A program made the position numbers and the translations under genes. A stretch of 64,000 nucleotides of DNA from the human T2T-CHM13v2.0 reference genome, Homo sapiens. Where the stretch lies: NCBI RefSeq assembly GCF_009914755.1, contig NC_060933.1; one strand, 5' to 3'. The notes beneath the pieces were generated by a model that worked only from the letters and a program-made list of their open reading frames with translations, was not told the DNA's origin and made no database searches. Within the stretch, counting starts at the first letter, position 1. Each line of letters begins with the position of its first letter. This document shows positions 15,272-30,022 of this stretch, one piece after another.

Positions 15272-17925
15272 TTGATTTCCAAGATGGCAGATTAGAGGCT
15301 TTTAACACAACTTGGTCACTCAGAAATATCAAAATAGTGCATACAGATAAACTCAGTGAGCTTTAATTGGGAAATGGGAATCCATCAGAACTGTGAAGGA
15401 AAACCCATATCCTGGGGAGAAGAAGGTGAGCAAGCAGTCCCTGTGGCAATGTCCAGCTGAAAAAAGTGAGTGAAGCCCCAGTATGTTTATTCCAGGCATA
15501 CAAGGTTGGTTCAACATACACAAATTAATAAATGTGATTCACCACATGAATAGAATTTAAAACAAAAAAAAATCATCTCAATAGATGCAGGAATAGCTTT
15601 TGATAAAATCCAACTTCTATTTATGATAAAAATCCTCAACAAACTAGACATCAAAGAAACATACCTCAAAATAATAAGAGCCATCTATGTTAAATCCCTG
15701 GCTAACATTACACTGATTGAACAAAAGCTAGAATCATTTCCTTTAGTAACAAGAAGAAAACAAGGATGTCCACTCTCACCATCTCTATTCAACATAGTAC
15801 TGGAAGCCCTAGCCAGAGCAGTCAGGCAAGAAAAGGAACTAAAAGGCATCCAAATAGATAAAGAAGTCAAATTATCTCTCTTCACTGATGATATGATTCT
15901 ATACATAGAAAACTCTAAAGACTCTACAAGAAGGCTCCTGGAGCTGATAAACAACTTTGGTGAAGTTTCAGGATATAAAATCAGCACAGAAAAATCAGTA
16001 TGATTTCTATACACCAATAACACCATGATGATACGATTCTATACATAGAAAACTCTAAAGACTCTACAAGAAGGCTCCTGGAGCTGATAAACAACTTCGG
16101 TGAAGTTTCAGGATATAAAATCAGCACAGAAAAATCAGTATGATTTCTATACACTAATAACACCCATGCTGAGAGCCAAATTGAGAATACAATCTCATTA
16201 ACAATAGCCTCAAAAAAAACTGGACTACATCTAACCCAGGAGGTGAAAGACCCCTAAAAGGAGAACAACAAAACATTGCTGAAAGAAGTCACATATGACT
16301 CAAATAAATGGAAAAACATTCCATGCTCATGGATTGGAAGAATCAATATTATTAAAATGGCCATAGTATGCGGAGCAATTTACAGATTCAATGATATTTC
16401 TATTAAACTACCAAAGTCATTCTTCACAGAATTAGAAAAATAAACTATTCCATAACAGAGCTCAAATAGAAAAAGCAATCCTAAGCAAAAAGACCAAAGC
16501 TGAGGTGTCACATTACACAACTTCAAACAATGCTATAAGGCTACTGTAACCAAAACAGCATGATATTGATACAAAAACAGACACATGGACCAAAGGAACA
16601 GAACACAGAACTCAGAAATAAAGTCACAAACCTATAACCATCTGGTTTTTAATAAAGTTGACAAAAATAAGTAATGGAGTAAAAACACTGTAGTCAATAA
16701 ATTGTGTTGGGATAACTGGCTAGCCTAGACCCCTATCTTTCACCATATATAAAAATTAACTCAAGGTGGATTAAAGACTTCAATGTAAGATTTAACATTA
16801 TAAAAATTATAGAAGAAAACTTAGGAAATACCATTATGGATATTGGCCTTGGTGAAGAATTTATGACTAAGACCTTAAAACCAATTGTAGAAAAAATGAA
16901 AATTGTCACATGGGGCCTAATTAAACTAAAGAGCTTCTGACCAGCCAAAATAAACTACCAATAGACTAAACAGATAACCTCTAGAATGGGAGAAGGTATC
17001 TACAAGCTATCCATCCAACAAAGGTCTAATATCCAGAATCTATAAGGAACTTAAAGAAGTGAACAAGTGAAAAACATAACCTCACTAAAAAGTGGGCAAA
17101 GGACATGAACAGAAGCTTCTAAAAAGAAGAAATACAAAAGGCTAACAATCATATGAACAAATGTTCATCATTACTGATGAGAGAAATGCAAATCAAAATA
17201 CCAATGAGATACTATCTCACACCAATCAGAATGGTGGTTATTTAAAAAGCCAAAACAAAAGATGCTGGCAGGGCTGTGGAGAAAAGGGAACTCTCATACA
17301 TTGTTGGTGGGAATGCAAATTAGCTCAGCCACTGTGGAAAGCAGTTTGGAGATTTCTCACAGAACTTAGAATACTACTCGACCCAGCAATCCCTTTACTG
17401 GCTATATACACAAAGAAACATAAATCATTCTACCCAAAAGACCCATAAATTGTATGTTCATCTCAGCACTATTCATGATAGCAAAAGTGTAGAATCAACA
17501 TGGATGCCCATCGATGATGTATTATATAAAGAAAAAATGGCACATATCCACCATGGAATACTACACAGGCATAAAAAAGAATAAAATCATATTCTTTGCA
17601 GCAACATGGGTGTAACTAGAAGCCATTATCCTAAGCCTATTAAAACAGGAACAGAAAACCAAATACCACACGTTCTCATTTATAAGTAGGAACTACTTAT
17701 TGGGTACACATGTACAGAAAGATGGGAACAATAGATATCAGGTACTGCTAGAGGAGGGTGAGAAGGAAGAGGGAAGGGCTGAAAAACTACCTATTGGATA
17801 CTATGCTCACTATCTAGGTGATGGGATTATCTGTGCCCAAAACCACAGTGTCACACAATATACCCATGTAACAAACTTTCACATGTACCCTTTGAATTTA
17901 AAATAAATGTTAGAATTATAAAAAA
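15272..17925 (+). mobile_element. L1PA15-17-like element: short 5'UTR start joined to ORF2 RT region through to the 3' end (large internal deletion)
   Basis: 5' YY1-type CAAGATGGC at 15280. ORF2 resumes at ~15486 ('tttattccaggcatacaaggttggttcaac'). ORF 15623-16003 carries RT motifs QGCPLSP and FTDDMIL. The 3'UTR reads 'gggctgaaaaactacctattggatactatgctcac'. Confidence 0.88.
15886..16165 (+). repeat. 140-bp tandem duplication inside L1 ORF2
   Basis: 15886-16025 vs 16026-16165, 3 internal mismatches. Confidence 0.95.
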
Positions 17926-17959
17926 GAATGTTTCCACAATTTTTGCTTTAATAATTAGA

Positions 17960-18670
17960 ATATCTCTATCTCTCTATATATACACAGATGTACATACTAT
18001 ATAGATGTGTATAATTACATATATAATTTAATATATATTATATATAAAATGTATCATATTTTGTATGTATTTTAATGTAATATATAATATAGGTACATAT
18101 TGTATATTGTATATACATATCATACATAATATATATTTATTTTGTATATATATTATATAGACATACATAAACTTATATATTATATAAAGAATGTCTATAT
18201 TATATATAATTTTATATATAATACTTATATATATTTATTCAATAATAGATATTTAATATAAAATATACAAATATTTATGTAATACAAATTTATACATTTA
18301 ATATTTATATAAAATGTAGTCAATATATAATATTTATATATTAATATATCATGTGGAAATTAATTAAATATTAAATATATAATATTTATATTTTATGTTA
18401 TTATAATAATATAAAATAATATATAATTATATATTATAATATATAATTATAATATATAATATATAAATATTAATTATAATACATAATATATAAAATACAT
18501 TAAATATTAACTGTATTTATATATTATAAATATACTATATATTATATATAAAAGTATATATTACAGATATTATATAGTAAAATATATATATTGCATGTCT
18601 ATATTATATTTTATATTAAAACATATACAAAATATGTATATATTTTGCATATATTATATATATATAAATT
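17960..18670. repeat. ~700-bp degenerate (TA)n / AT-rich low-complexity tract
   Basis: Nearly all A/T with alternating TA units. Confidence 0.9.
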
Positions 18671-19110
18671 ACAGAAATCATGTTACTTCAGACCTAAATA
18701 CATTAAAACATGTATTTCTTAATAACAAGGGCATATTTCCATACTGGGAGATGCAATAAATAGCATTATCATACCCAAAATATTTGACATTGATATTATA
18801 TCTAACATAGAGCGCATAATAAAATATATATAATTACATAGAGCATGTAATAAAATATAGACCATTATTAAAGCAACCTACTTATAATTATGCTTTCTTG
18901 ATGTAAGATACCACTAATAATTATGTTTTGCTTTTGGTCGTCATTTGTTCACCTAATCTAAAACTACCCCCTGACTGTCTGGCTTCTTTATTTTTAATGA
19001 CAGTAGCATTTTTTTAAAAAAACTATACCAATTCTCTTAAATAATGTCACACACCCGAGTTTGTTTTCTGATGCCTAGTTTCGTTAAATATTTAATAAGA
19101 ATATTACTAC
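18670..19110 (-). mobile_element. L1ME-type 3' end fragment
   Basis: Antisense L1M 3'-like text 'catgtatttcttaataacaagggcat...attatcatacccaaaa'. Confidence 0.5.
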
Positions 19111-19246
19111 ATAGACGGCAAACTAGAAAAATTTCAGCATCAGCAGCATAGTTTGATTTGTTTTTATTTCTCTGAATCATCTCATAAAAATATAAAGAAC
19201 CTAGGATATTAAAACCAACTAAGTATGACCAAATTCTAAAAAATAA

Positions 19247-19856
<610 letters not shown>

Positions 19857-21467
19857 CTAAGAACTTTCATAACCAACCACTGATTCTCACTTAGAGGTGA
19901 GGTCCTAAACTGAAGAAAAACTGTTGGGAAAATATTCCAAATTGAGTGAGACATGGAAAAAAACAAACAAACATGAAATGAAGTAAAAAATCCATGTAAA
20001 AATAGAGAATGGAAACTGTCTGGACCTCTCATTAAATAAAAGGCGATATTTTTATCCACTTTATGAAAACATTAGATGACAGAATTCTAGTACTGTGGAG
20101 TCAGGAAATCTATACTCAGCTAACATTCCCTTCTGAAAACCAGAAGAAATAAGTAATTTTACATACAAATAAGCAACAGGAAGGAATCATACCCAAATTT
20201 CATACAGATATTTTATTAACATAATTAAAACAGACCAAAACCCCTCCAAAAATGAAGCCGTGTCCATAAAACAGATACAAACTATCAATTCATATTAAAA
20301 AGTAAAATAAAATAAATTAAGAAAATGGTGCAAGGACAAAAGGCCAAATTAAAATAGAAAAAAAAAAGAAACATTACAGTAAGTGACTGAACCTTGGGAA
20401 AAAAAAAACATAAATAATAATTATTTCCAAAATAAAGACCATGAAGAGTGCGAGAGCTAATGAACAGACAGATATTGTGTAAAAAGTAATGGAAAGTTAA
20501 AAAGAGAACTTTCCAAATAATTAAAAATTAATCATTTAATAAATTCACAGAAAGTGAAGAAAATTAAATATACAAGAGAAGACAGAATACATGTGTAATA
20601 GATATCCCCTCAGAAAGCTGAAGCAATAAAAAAAGAAAGTATAAACAATAATTCAAGAAAGTTGCCCTGAATAATAAAAATATGTAAGACTACATATGGA
20701 AAAGGCACACAAACACCTGAAAAAATCTATTCAGAATTATCAGTATCAAGATATTGTAGATATCAGTATAAGGAAAGAAAAGAAAAACAAAAAACAAGAT
20801 GTCATATAAATTGTCAGAAAAATCAGATTGTCTTTGTTCTCTTTTCTTTTCAGAGAAAATTTTTATGTCAGAAGGCAATGGAGTAAAACATTAATATACA
20901 TGAGAAAAATAATATGACTAAGATTTATAAACCCAGCCCAAATGACCCTTGAATATAAATGCTACAGTCAAGCTATTATAAAAATTGGATAATTCTACAG
21001 ATATTGTATCTATGAGCACTTCCGAAGCAGTACATTAGAGGGCAAAATTCAGATAACCAAAATACCGAAGAGATGTTAGATAAGAACTGTTTGAAACTAA
21101 GCATGTATTTATTGCAGGACTAATAATAAATGATGTTTATAAGACAGATAACATAATATAAAATGTCTGTCTCCTCAAAACGCGTAGTAGGACGAATAGA
21201 TCGAATGTAAGAGAATTAAAGTAGGCTTGTTAATTGCCTTATAGATATTCTTTGGGAAAAAGGTACATATTATATATTAAATATTACAGACAACATTGTT
21301 TTATATATATAGGAGACATTTCTACAACAAAATACATTCAGTAAGGTTAAAAGTAGAATGATAGAAAAATATACAATAGACAAACAGCAACTTTAAAAAG
21401 TAATGGATACAATCTTGATATCTAATAAGATAAAATTTATACCAAACAGCATTTTATAATAAGACTA

Positions 21468-21761
<294 letters not shown>

Positions 21762-24164
21762 CTTTATAAATATAGAGAGAGATTACAAATCCTCAAAACC
21801 ATAATTCACAATAAAAATAAAATTTATAAATACTTATGTGTCAAATACCACAGCAATAAACAGAAACTATGGAAGTCTCATAGTTTGACAAAGACTAATA
21901 GAAGTTTACAAAATTGCTTTCTTATTCCAAAGCACATCAGGAGAATAAATCGTTAATAGGGCTACAGAAAACCTAATAACCATTAATGCAGTGGATGTTG
22001 CAGCTATACATATATCTCTGAAACCCAAAAACAGTGAATATATTTTATTTCACATGGCAAGGTCACAAAAAAATTGAACACAGATTACAAAAGAAACTTC
22101 AATAAAATATAAAATATAGATATAATACAATTATGGCACACAGCACATATGTGATACAAACAGCATTCTGCCTAAAATATAGAAGTCATACAATATAATG
22201 AGATAAAAATTAAAAAGATTCTTCCATCTGAAGGAAAAAACCTTTATTAAACAAATATTGAGGTGAGGTAGAAAGATAAAATCACAGATTTGTTTAAATA
22301 ATACAAGTAAAATTATAACGTCAGAATCTCTATTGTATAGCTGTAATTATCTGAGTAAAAGGAGGCGGTGATGAAGAGAGTCAGTTAATGAGTAAAAATA
22401 CGCTTAGAAGAATAAGCAATAGTATTTGATAGCGCAGTAAGGAAATTATAGTTAATACTAATTTGTTGTATATTTTTAAATAACTATAAGAGAATAAATG
22501 TAATTTTCCTAAGAATGAAGTAAAGATAAATGTATTAGGTGATGGATATCTCAATTACCCTGATTTGACCCATTGTATACATGTATCAAAATACCACATG
22601 TATCTCTCAAATATATACAACATTAACTAAAAAATACAAAAAAATTAAAAACAAGAGAGTTAAACATGTAACAAAAAAACACTATAAAACAATAACAAAC
22701 CATCAAAGAGCTGTAGAAAAAATTATTATGCTAAGTGAAATAAGCCAGACACAGAAAGAGATATGTGTGCTACATGATCTTACATGTGGAATCTGAAAAA
22801 GTTGAACTTCTAGAAGCAAAGGGTAAAATAATGGTTGCTACGCTCTCGGGTGGAGAAAAAAAGATGAGCTTATAAATAAATCCTAATGCTCATTTTTGGA
22901 GAAGTCGACAATATTAAACAGTTATCAGCAAATCTACTTTTAAGAGAAGGGAGAAATATTAGTACACAAAATTACAGGTGACAAGAGGAAAATATGATCT
23001 AAGCATTAGAAATTTAAAGAGAAACCACTTACCATAACTCTTTGCACACTTAACCGAAATTCTTTTCAAAAATAAAATTTACCAAAAATATCTATAATAT
23101 AATATCTATAATATAGAGAGTTTAATTAAGCAATTGCACTAAGTAAATAAAAGTCTAGTAGAACTCTCCATAGTCCTCACCACTGTCCCAGTCCCCACTC
23201 AATACACGCAAGAATTATATTGAGATGGCTTCAACTGGCATTTTACCAAACCTTTAAGAGTCAGATAATTTCAATTACACTTAAGGAAAATCAGAGTATA
23301 GAAAAAGAAATAATAGTTCGTAATTTATTTTGAGAAGCATGTGTAACATAAGCTCTCCAAATCTGACAAATATTGTACCAAGGTAAAAAACTATGGATAA
23401 TCATCACATATGAATATCAGTGTCATAAGTTTTCAGGCACATTACATAATTTCAAATAAAAGCAATACTAGAAAGAACTAAATGGAAATACAGAGATAAA
23501 AAGCATAATACATAAAGTTTAAAAAATAAATAATTATGGACTGAGCTAAACAGGAGGTTTAAGATAGCAGAAAAAAGTGTCTCTACTTGAAGATGGATCA
23601 AGATATTACTCAATCTGAAAATCAGAAAGGAAAGAGGCTGAAAAAATAGAATAGAATTAAAGCGACCTGTATAATAACAGTAGTCTAACATATTATATGA
23701 TTAACATATGAAAGTTATGATGGTGCAGAAGAAATATTTTAAAAATAATGGCTTTAAACTTCTCAAATTTGATGAAAAAGAATCCTAACTTAGGGACCCA
23801 AGATGCTTAACAAAACCTAAGAAGAGTAAGTATGAAAAGAACCAGAGCTCAGCATGTCATAATCAGACAGCTGAAAACCAAAGATGAAGAAAACATCTTG
23901 AAAGCAGCCAGAGGGAAAAGAAGTATCAGGTTTGGGGGAAAAATATAAATTGCTAGTGATTTGTCATAAGAAACAATGTTGGCCAGAAAATCATTAACGA
24001 TTAAGCAAAAATACATTAAAATAAAATTCTATGTTGAATGAAAAAAATATATATATGCAATTTGTCACAATAGTTTCACATTATAATAAATTACTAAAAG
24101 GTTTCCTTCATGCCAAAGGGCAACTATCAGATAGGAAGTTGAAATATAAAAACTGTAGGAGATT

Positions 24165-24565
24165 ATTGTATTTGTTATTTATTGTTATGTAACAAATTAC
24201 CCTCGCCCTTAACCATTAATCTTATGCCTGTGGATCAGGCATCCGGGAGCATCTTAACTGGGTGGTTCTGGCTCAGGATTTTTATTGAGATTGGATTCAG
24301 GCTATCAGTGAGGAATTAAGTCAACAGTGGTTTGACCAGGACTGGAGAATCAACTTTCAACGTGACTCCCTCACATGCCTGGCATGTTAGGTGCCGGTTG
24401 CTAGGACGAGGCTTCCGTTATTCTCCATGTGTGTATTTCCAAACACTGAGAATCCTGATGACATGCAGCTGGTTTCCCCTAGAGTGAATGATCCATGAAA
24501 GAGTACAAGGAGATTGTTGCAATACCCTTTATGTCCTAGCTTCACATCGTATCATATAATAGTCT
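24165..24565 (-). mobile_element. MLT1-family LTR, truncated
   Basis: 'ttatgtaacaaattaccc...ctgggtggttctggctcagg...cctgatgacatgcagctggtttcccctagagtgaatgatcc'. Confidence 0.7.
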
Positions 24566-26613
24566 CTAAATGATACTTTGCATTTCTGTAGTCTCAGTTG
24601 TTATGTTCCCTTTTTAATTTCAGATTTTATTTTGGTCTTCTTTTTTTTCTTGGTCTAGCTAAAAGTTTGTTGGTTTTGTTTAAATCTTTTCAAAAAAAAC
24701 CCCAAATTTTTGTTTTATTGATCTTCTATAATTTTGTTGGTCTCAATTATATTTATTTTTACTCTGATCTTCATTATTTCTTTCCTTCTACGTTTTTTCA
24801 GTTTGGCTTGTTCTTGATTTTCTAGCTCCTTAAGGTGCATTGTTAGGTTGTTTATTTGAAGTCTTTCAATTTTTTTGATGTAGATGTTTATTGCTATAAA
24901 TGTCCCTCCTAGCATTGCTTTTGCTGTATCAAATAGATTTTGGTATGTTGCATTTCCATTTTCATTTGTTTCAAGAAATTTTAAAATCCCCTTCTTAATG
25001 TCTTCATTGATGCACTGGAAATTCAGGAACATATTGTTAAATTACCATTTTTTGTATGTAGTTTCCAAGGTGGTTTTTGGTATCAATTTCCACTTTTATT
25101 CCACTGCAATTAGAAACAATACTTGATATGATTCTTTTTAGAATTTGTTAATACTTGCTTTGTGGCCTAAAATATAATCTAGAGAATGTTACATGTGTTG
25201 ATAAAAAGAATTTGTATTCTGCAGCAGTCAGGTGAAATGTTCTGTAAATGTCAATTAAGACATTTGGTCTAGTATGTAGTTTAACTTCAGTTTCTTTTTT
25301 GACTTTCTGCCTGTATAATCTGTTCATTATTGAGAGTGGGTGTTGATATCCCCTACTATTATTATATTGTACTCTATCTTGCCTTTAGATTGATTTATGT
25401 TTGCTTTATATAGTTGGGTACTCTGGTCTTGGGTGTATAGATATTTATAATTGTCATATCTCCTCCTGCTGTATTGTTGACTCCTTTATCATTATCGAGT
25501 GACCATTTCTGTCTCTTTTTAGTCTTTAACTTTAGTCTATTTTGTCTAAGTATAGCTACCCCTTCTCTTTTTTGCTTTCTACTTGCATGGAATATCCTTT
25601 TCTTCCACCCCTTTCTTTTCTGTCTATGTGTGTCTTTATAAGTGAGGTGAGTTTCTTGCAGGCCACATATGACATAAGAAACATGAATTTTGTTTCTTTA
25701 TTCATTCTGCCACTCTGTGTCTTTTAATAGAAAAATGAGTTAATTTACATTCATTGTTATTATATATAAGTAACAACTTACTACTGCCGTTTTCTTACTT
25801 GTTTTTCAGTTGTTTAGTAACTCCTCTCTTCCTTTCTTTCCTTCCCACAGTGATCCTTTGTGGTTAAGTGATTTTCTCTGGCAGTATGTTTTGATTTTGT
25901 CTGGCAGTATGATTTTTTTTATTTTTAGTGAATCTATTATAGGATTTTGCATCTGTGGCTTATAAAAATCCTCTTAAAACAAAATCTTTTAAAAATATGA
26001 TCATTTATTTTAGATCTCAAAAAATCAGAAACAAACAAGAAGCTAAAAAAATTATATACTTTAGGTTCATCTCCACCACATTTCGACCTTTGGTTATCTC
26101 AATTTACATATTTTTATATTGCCTGTCTCTTAACATGTTCCTGTAGCTATTGTTTTCTATAGATTTGCTTTTTAGGCTTTATACTGGAGTTATGAGTAGA
26201 TTACACAGCACAATTGCAATATTAGATTATTCTTAGGTTGTCTACTTAATTTTACCAGTGGGTTTTATGTTTCCAAATGTTTCCTCCTTGCATGTTAGTT
26301 TTGCTTTCTTTAAGATTGAATAACTCCCTTTAGCATTCCTTGTAAGAAGGGTCTGGTGTGGTAAATTATCTTAGCTTTTGTTTGTCTGGGAAATACTTTA
26401 TCTTGTCTTCATAACTGAAGAATAGGTTTGTTGGATAAAGCATTCTTGGGTGACAGGTTTTTTTTTTTTTCTTTTCTTTCAGCAGTTTGGAAATGTTTTT
26501 CCTCCCTCCTGACCCACATAGTTTTCATTGAAAAGTCTGTTGCCAGACAAATTGGAGTTCTTTTATATGTTACTTGCTTTTTTTCTTGATGCTTTTAGAA
26601 TCAACTGTTTGTC

Positions 26614-26708
26614 CCTTTGAGATTTTGATTATTACATGCCTTGGGATAGTCTTATTTGAAAAACCTTTGAGATTTTGATTATTACATGCCTTGGGATAGT
26701 CTTATTTG
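26614..26708. repeat. 45-bp perfect tandem duplication with an AAAAA spacer
   Basis: 26614-26658 is identical to 26664-26708. Confidence 0.95.
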
Positions 26709-27521
26709 GGTTGAATCTGTTTGGTGTTCTCTGATCTTCCTGTACCTAGATATTTATATTTTTATCAAGTTTTGGAAAGTTTTTTTCTCTTTTTTTGGCA
26801 TAAGCTTTCTACCAAGTGCTCTTGCTCAACTTTGTTTCGAATACCAATAATTCTCAGGTATAGTCTTTTGAAGTAATTTCCTATATTCTGTAGGTAATCT
26901 TTGTTTCTTTTCATTCCTTTTTTCTCCTCTGATGATGTAATTTCAAATAGCCTGGCTGAGCTCAGTGACTCTTTCCTCTTGTTGATCTGTTCTACTATTG
27001 AGAGCCTCCAATAAATTTTTCAGTCCAGCAAATAAATTTTCAGTTCTGAGATTTCTGTTTGATTTTTGAAAATTATTTCAATCTCTTTGTTAAATCCTTC
27101 TGATAAGTTTCTCAATTACTTTTCTGTTTTATCTTGGAGATCACCAAGTTTTCTTACAGCTGCTGTTTTGAATTTTGGGTCAGAGAGTTCATAAGTTAGT
27201 CACTTGTTCCTTGCTTTGTCTGTTTGTGGAGGTCATGGTTCATTGTTTGCTGATGCTTCTAGTGGGTGTGTGTCTATGCATTTGCATTGAAAAATTAATT
27301 ACTTATTCCAGATTTTTTAATTGGCTTGTTTAAATTTTTATTTGAAGTGTTTGCTTAAAAATTCTTAATTTACCCATTGAATTTCTTGTATTTTTTCCAC
27401 TAGGTCACTGCCTCCTTTTTGGCACTAGATGGCATCTTAAGTCCAGGTTTGCTTCAGCTTTAGCAAACAATTAGAGCACTGCCCTGCTGGAATGGATGAG
27501 ATCCCAAAGGGGACATCCCAA

Positions 27522-27938
27522 TGATACAGGATTTTTCTCTAGCTCAGCTAAAATCTGGGTTCTTGTCTCATGACCAGGAAAAATTAAGAATACAGACACA
27601 TTGAAAGGTGAAGAAAGCAGAATTTATTAAAAGAAAGCTCTCAGCAAAAAAAGAGAGGGTACTGCCAACAGGCTCCCAACTCACAGATGGAATACCAGGC
27701 CACCACACAGGAGCTGAAGGGGCCAGGCTTCTCCTCCCTTCATAAGGGGTAAATTTCAGGTGGCTCCACCCCATTCTCCCAGTGTGTAGGTGGGCCTTTA
27801 CTCTGAGTCACTCAACATTGATTTATTTACTTTACTGTGCATGAGTTAAGAGACAGAATTTTGTACCCTGGGCATGTTTAGGCAAGCCCCCTGTGCACAA
27901 TGACCTGAGTGGCATTTGGCTGCCTCCTGTCTCTATCA
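27522..27938 (-). mobile_element. Solo ERV1-class LTR (MER61/MER83-like; exact family uncertain) inserted in L1
   Basis: TGATA...TATCA termini, 4-bp TSD CCAA/CCAG, AATAAA on the minus strand (tttatt ~27623), AP-1 site TGAGTCA at 27804-27810. Confidence 0.8.
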
Positions 27939-28617
27939 CCAGCAGTGTTAAAAGGTTGGCTAGGGGTTTGTGCCCAGGGGATTTGTGGAACATACCTTCT
28001 ACACCCTGGTGTTAGTGAACAGCCACTCTTATTTGGTGTCTCCTTTAGCCTAGTTACAGAGCAGTATTTCCCATGCTGGGGATGGTAGTCCCACCTCCCA
28101 ACTTTGTCTCTAGCTGTCTTCAGGGCTTTCTCTCCCCTCGGGCATGCTTCCCGTGGTTGAGGCATGAACAGATCTCCTGCCAGGGAACACAAGATGGTGA
28201 GTAATCTGGTTGTCCACCTTTATCTCACTTTTTCCAGTGTAGAAATCATGAGTCAAGGAAATTTTCCGCATGCTTGGGGCCAGGTAGACTGGCAGAAGGG
28301 GTGTCATGGATATGAAAATCCTATTCTTTGACTGTCTTCTTGGAGTATTTTTCACTCCTCTGCAGCCCAGGGAACTGATTCATCCTAATATTTGAGTTCT
28401 GGGATATGGCTGGTGATAACTTCACTGATGTGTATTTGGTTTTGGTTTTCTGTGGGGTGGAGCGGGTGAAGCCAGCTTGCATCTACATCACCAATTTGGA
28501 TCGCTGCTAATTTATTTTTAAGAAGACTGGAAAAGGGTACTTTACAAATAACAAACAAAGGAAAAGGTGATTAATATTGTAAGATGTTAAGAAAATTCAA
28601 ATCAAAACCACATAATA

Positions 28618-28943
<326 letters not shown>

Positions 28944-29273
28944 TCATAATAAATATATTACTACATTCTCACTGAAAATGACCACAAATTTTTTTGCAAA
29001 AACTGAAAAAGCTGAATTTAATGAACCACTGGAACTTGCACCCACCAATAATGGAGAATAAGTTAGTATAATTACCTTGAAAAACGTATTGGCAGGATCA
29101 CTTATAGTTAAAGATATGCTTATCTAGTGACCTAGCAATTCCACTTGTATGTAAATATCCAAATGAAATGAAAGTTATTGTCCACTGAAAACATATAAAG
29201 ACATATTCAAAGTAACTTCATGTACTGTAGCTAAAATGCATAAACAATACAAATATTCATCAAAAATAAAATG

Positions 29274-29575
29274 TGCCCTGCACAGTGGCTCTCGTCTGTA
29301 ATTCCAGCTATTCAAGAGACTGAGATGGGAGGATTGCCTGAAGCCCGGAGCTTGAGACCAGCCTAGGCAACATAGTGAGACTCCCCTATCATCTTTAAAA
29401 ATAGTTTTAAAAATTAGTCAGACATGATGGCAGTGCTTGTAGTCCCAGATGAGGAGGGTGAGGTGGGAGAGTCCCTTGAGCCCGGTTGTTTAAGGCAGCA
29501 ATGAGCTATGATTGCAATATTGCACTCAAGCCTGGGTAACAGAGTGAGATCCCATCTCTAAAAATATAAAATAAA
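29274..29575 (+). mobile_element. AluJ
   Basis: Diverged dimeric Alu. Confidence 0.88.
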
Positions 29576-29715
29576 ATACAACAAGAAAATGCATAATATG
29601 TTGCTGCATGTTCATATAAAAATATAGTAGAAGGAAAAGAACTGCTACTCACAATGATATGAATAAATCTCACAAAATAGCAAAGCAAAATAATCCAGAC
29701 ATGAAAGTCTGAATA

Positions 29716-30022
29716 CAGTTGTCCCTTGGTATCTACGGGGAATTGGTTTCCGGGCCCCTGCAGATCTTAAAATCTGTGGATGCTCAAATCCCTTACATAA
29801 AATGATATATTTGCATATTTACCTAAGCACATTCTCCTATATATTTAAATCATCTGTAAATTATTTATAATATATAATGTGATGTAAATACTATGTGCAT
29901 TGTTGTACTGTATGTTTTGAAGAATAGTGACAAGAAATAAGTCTGTACATGTTCAGATATTTTTAATCTGTGTTTGGTTGAATACGTGGATGCAGCACCC
30001 ACAAATATAGAGGGCCTGCTAC
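29716..30022 (+). mobile_element. MER2 (TcMar-Tigger non-autonomous DNA transposon)
   Basis: TA + 'cagttgtcccttggtatctacggggaattggtt...tggatgctcaaatccctta' and a degenerate right terminal inverted repeat (TIR) 'atagagggcctgcta'. Confidence 0.8.

Larger units (their letters stand above)
24570..28500 (-). mobile_element. L1M (L1MA-type) 5'UTR, ORF1 and ORF2 endonuclease region, lacking its 3' part
   Basis: Minus ORF 24715-25032 is ORF2-like (KFLETNENGNATYQNLFDTAKAMLGGTFIAINIYIKK). The + strand is T-rich. Confidence 0.85.

Noticed and set aside
15623-16003. Reverse transcriptase motifs (QGCPLSP, FTDD) suggesting a novel RT system
   Set aside because: An ordinary decayed L1 ORF2 with stops and frameshifts. 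The same applies to 57055-57453.
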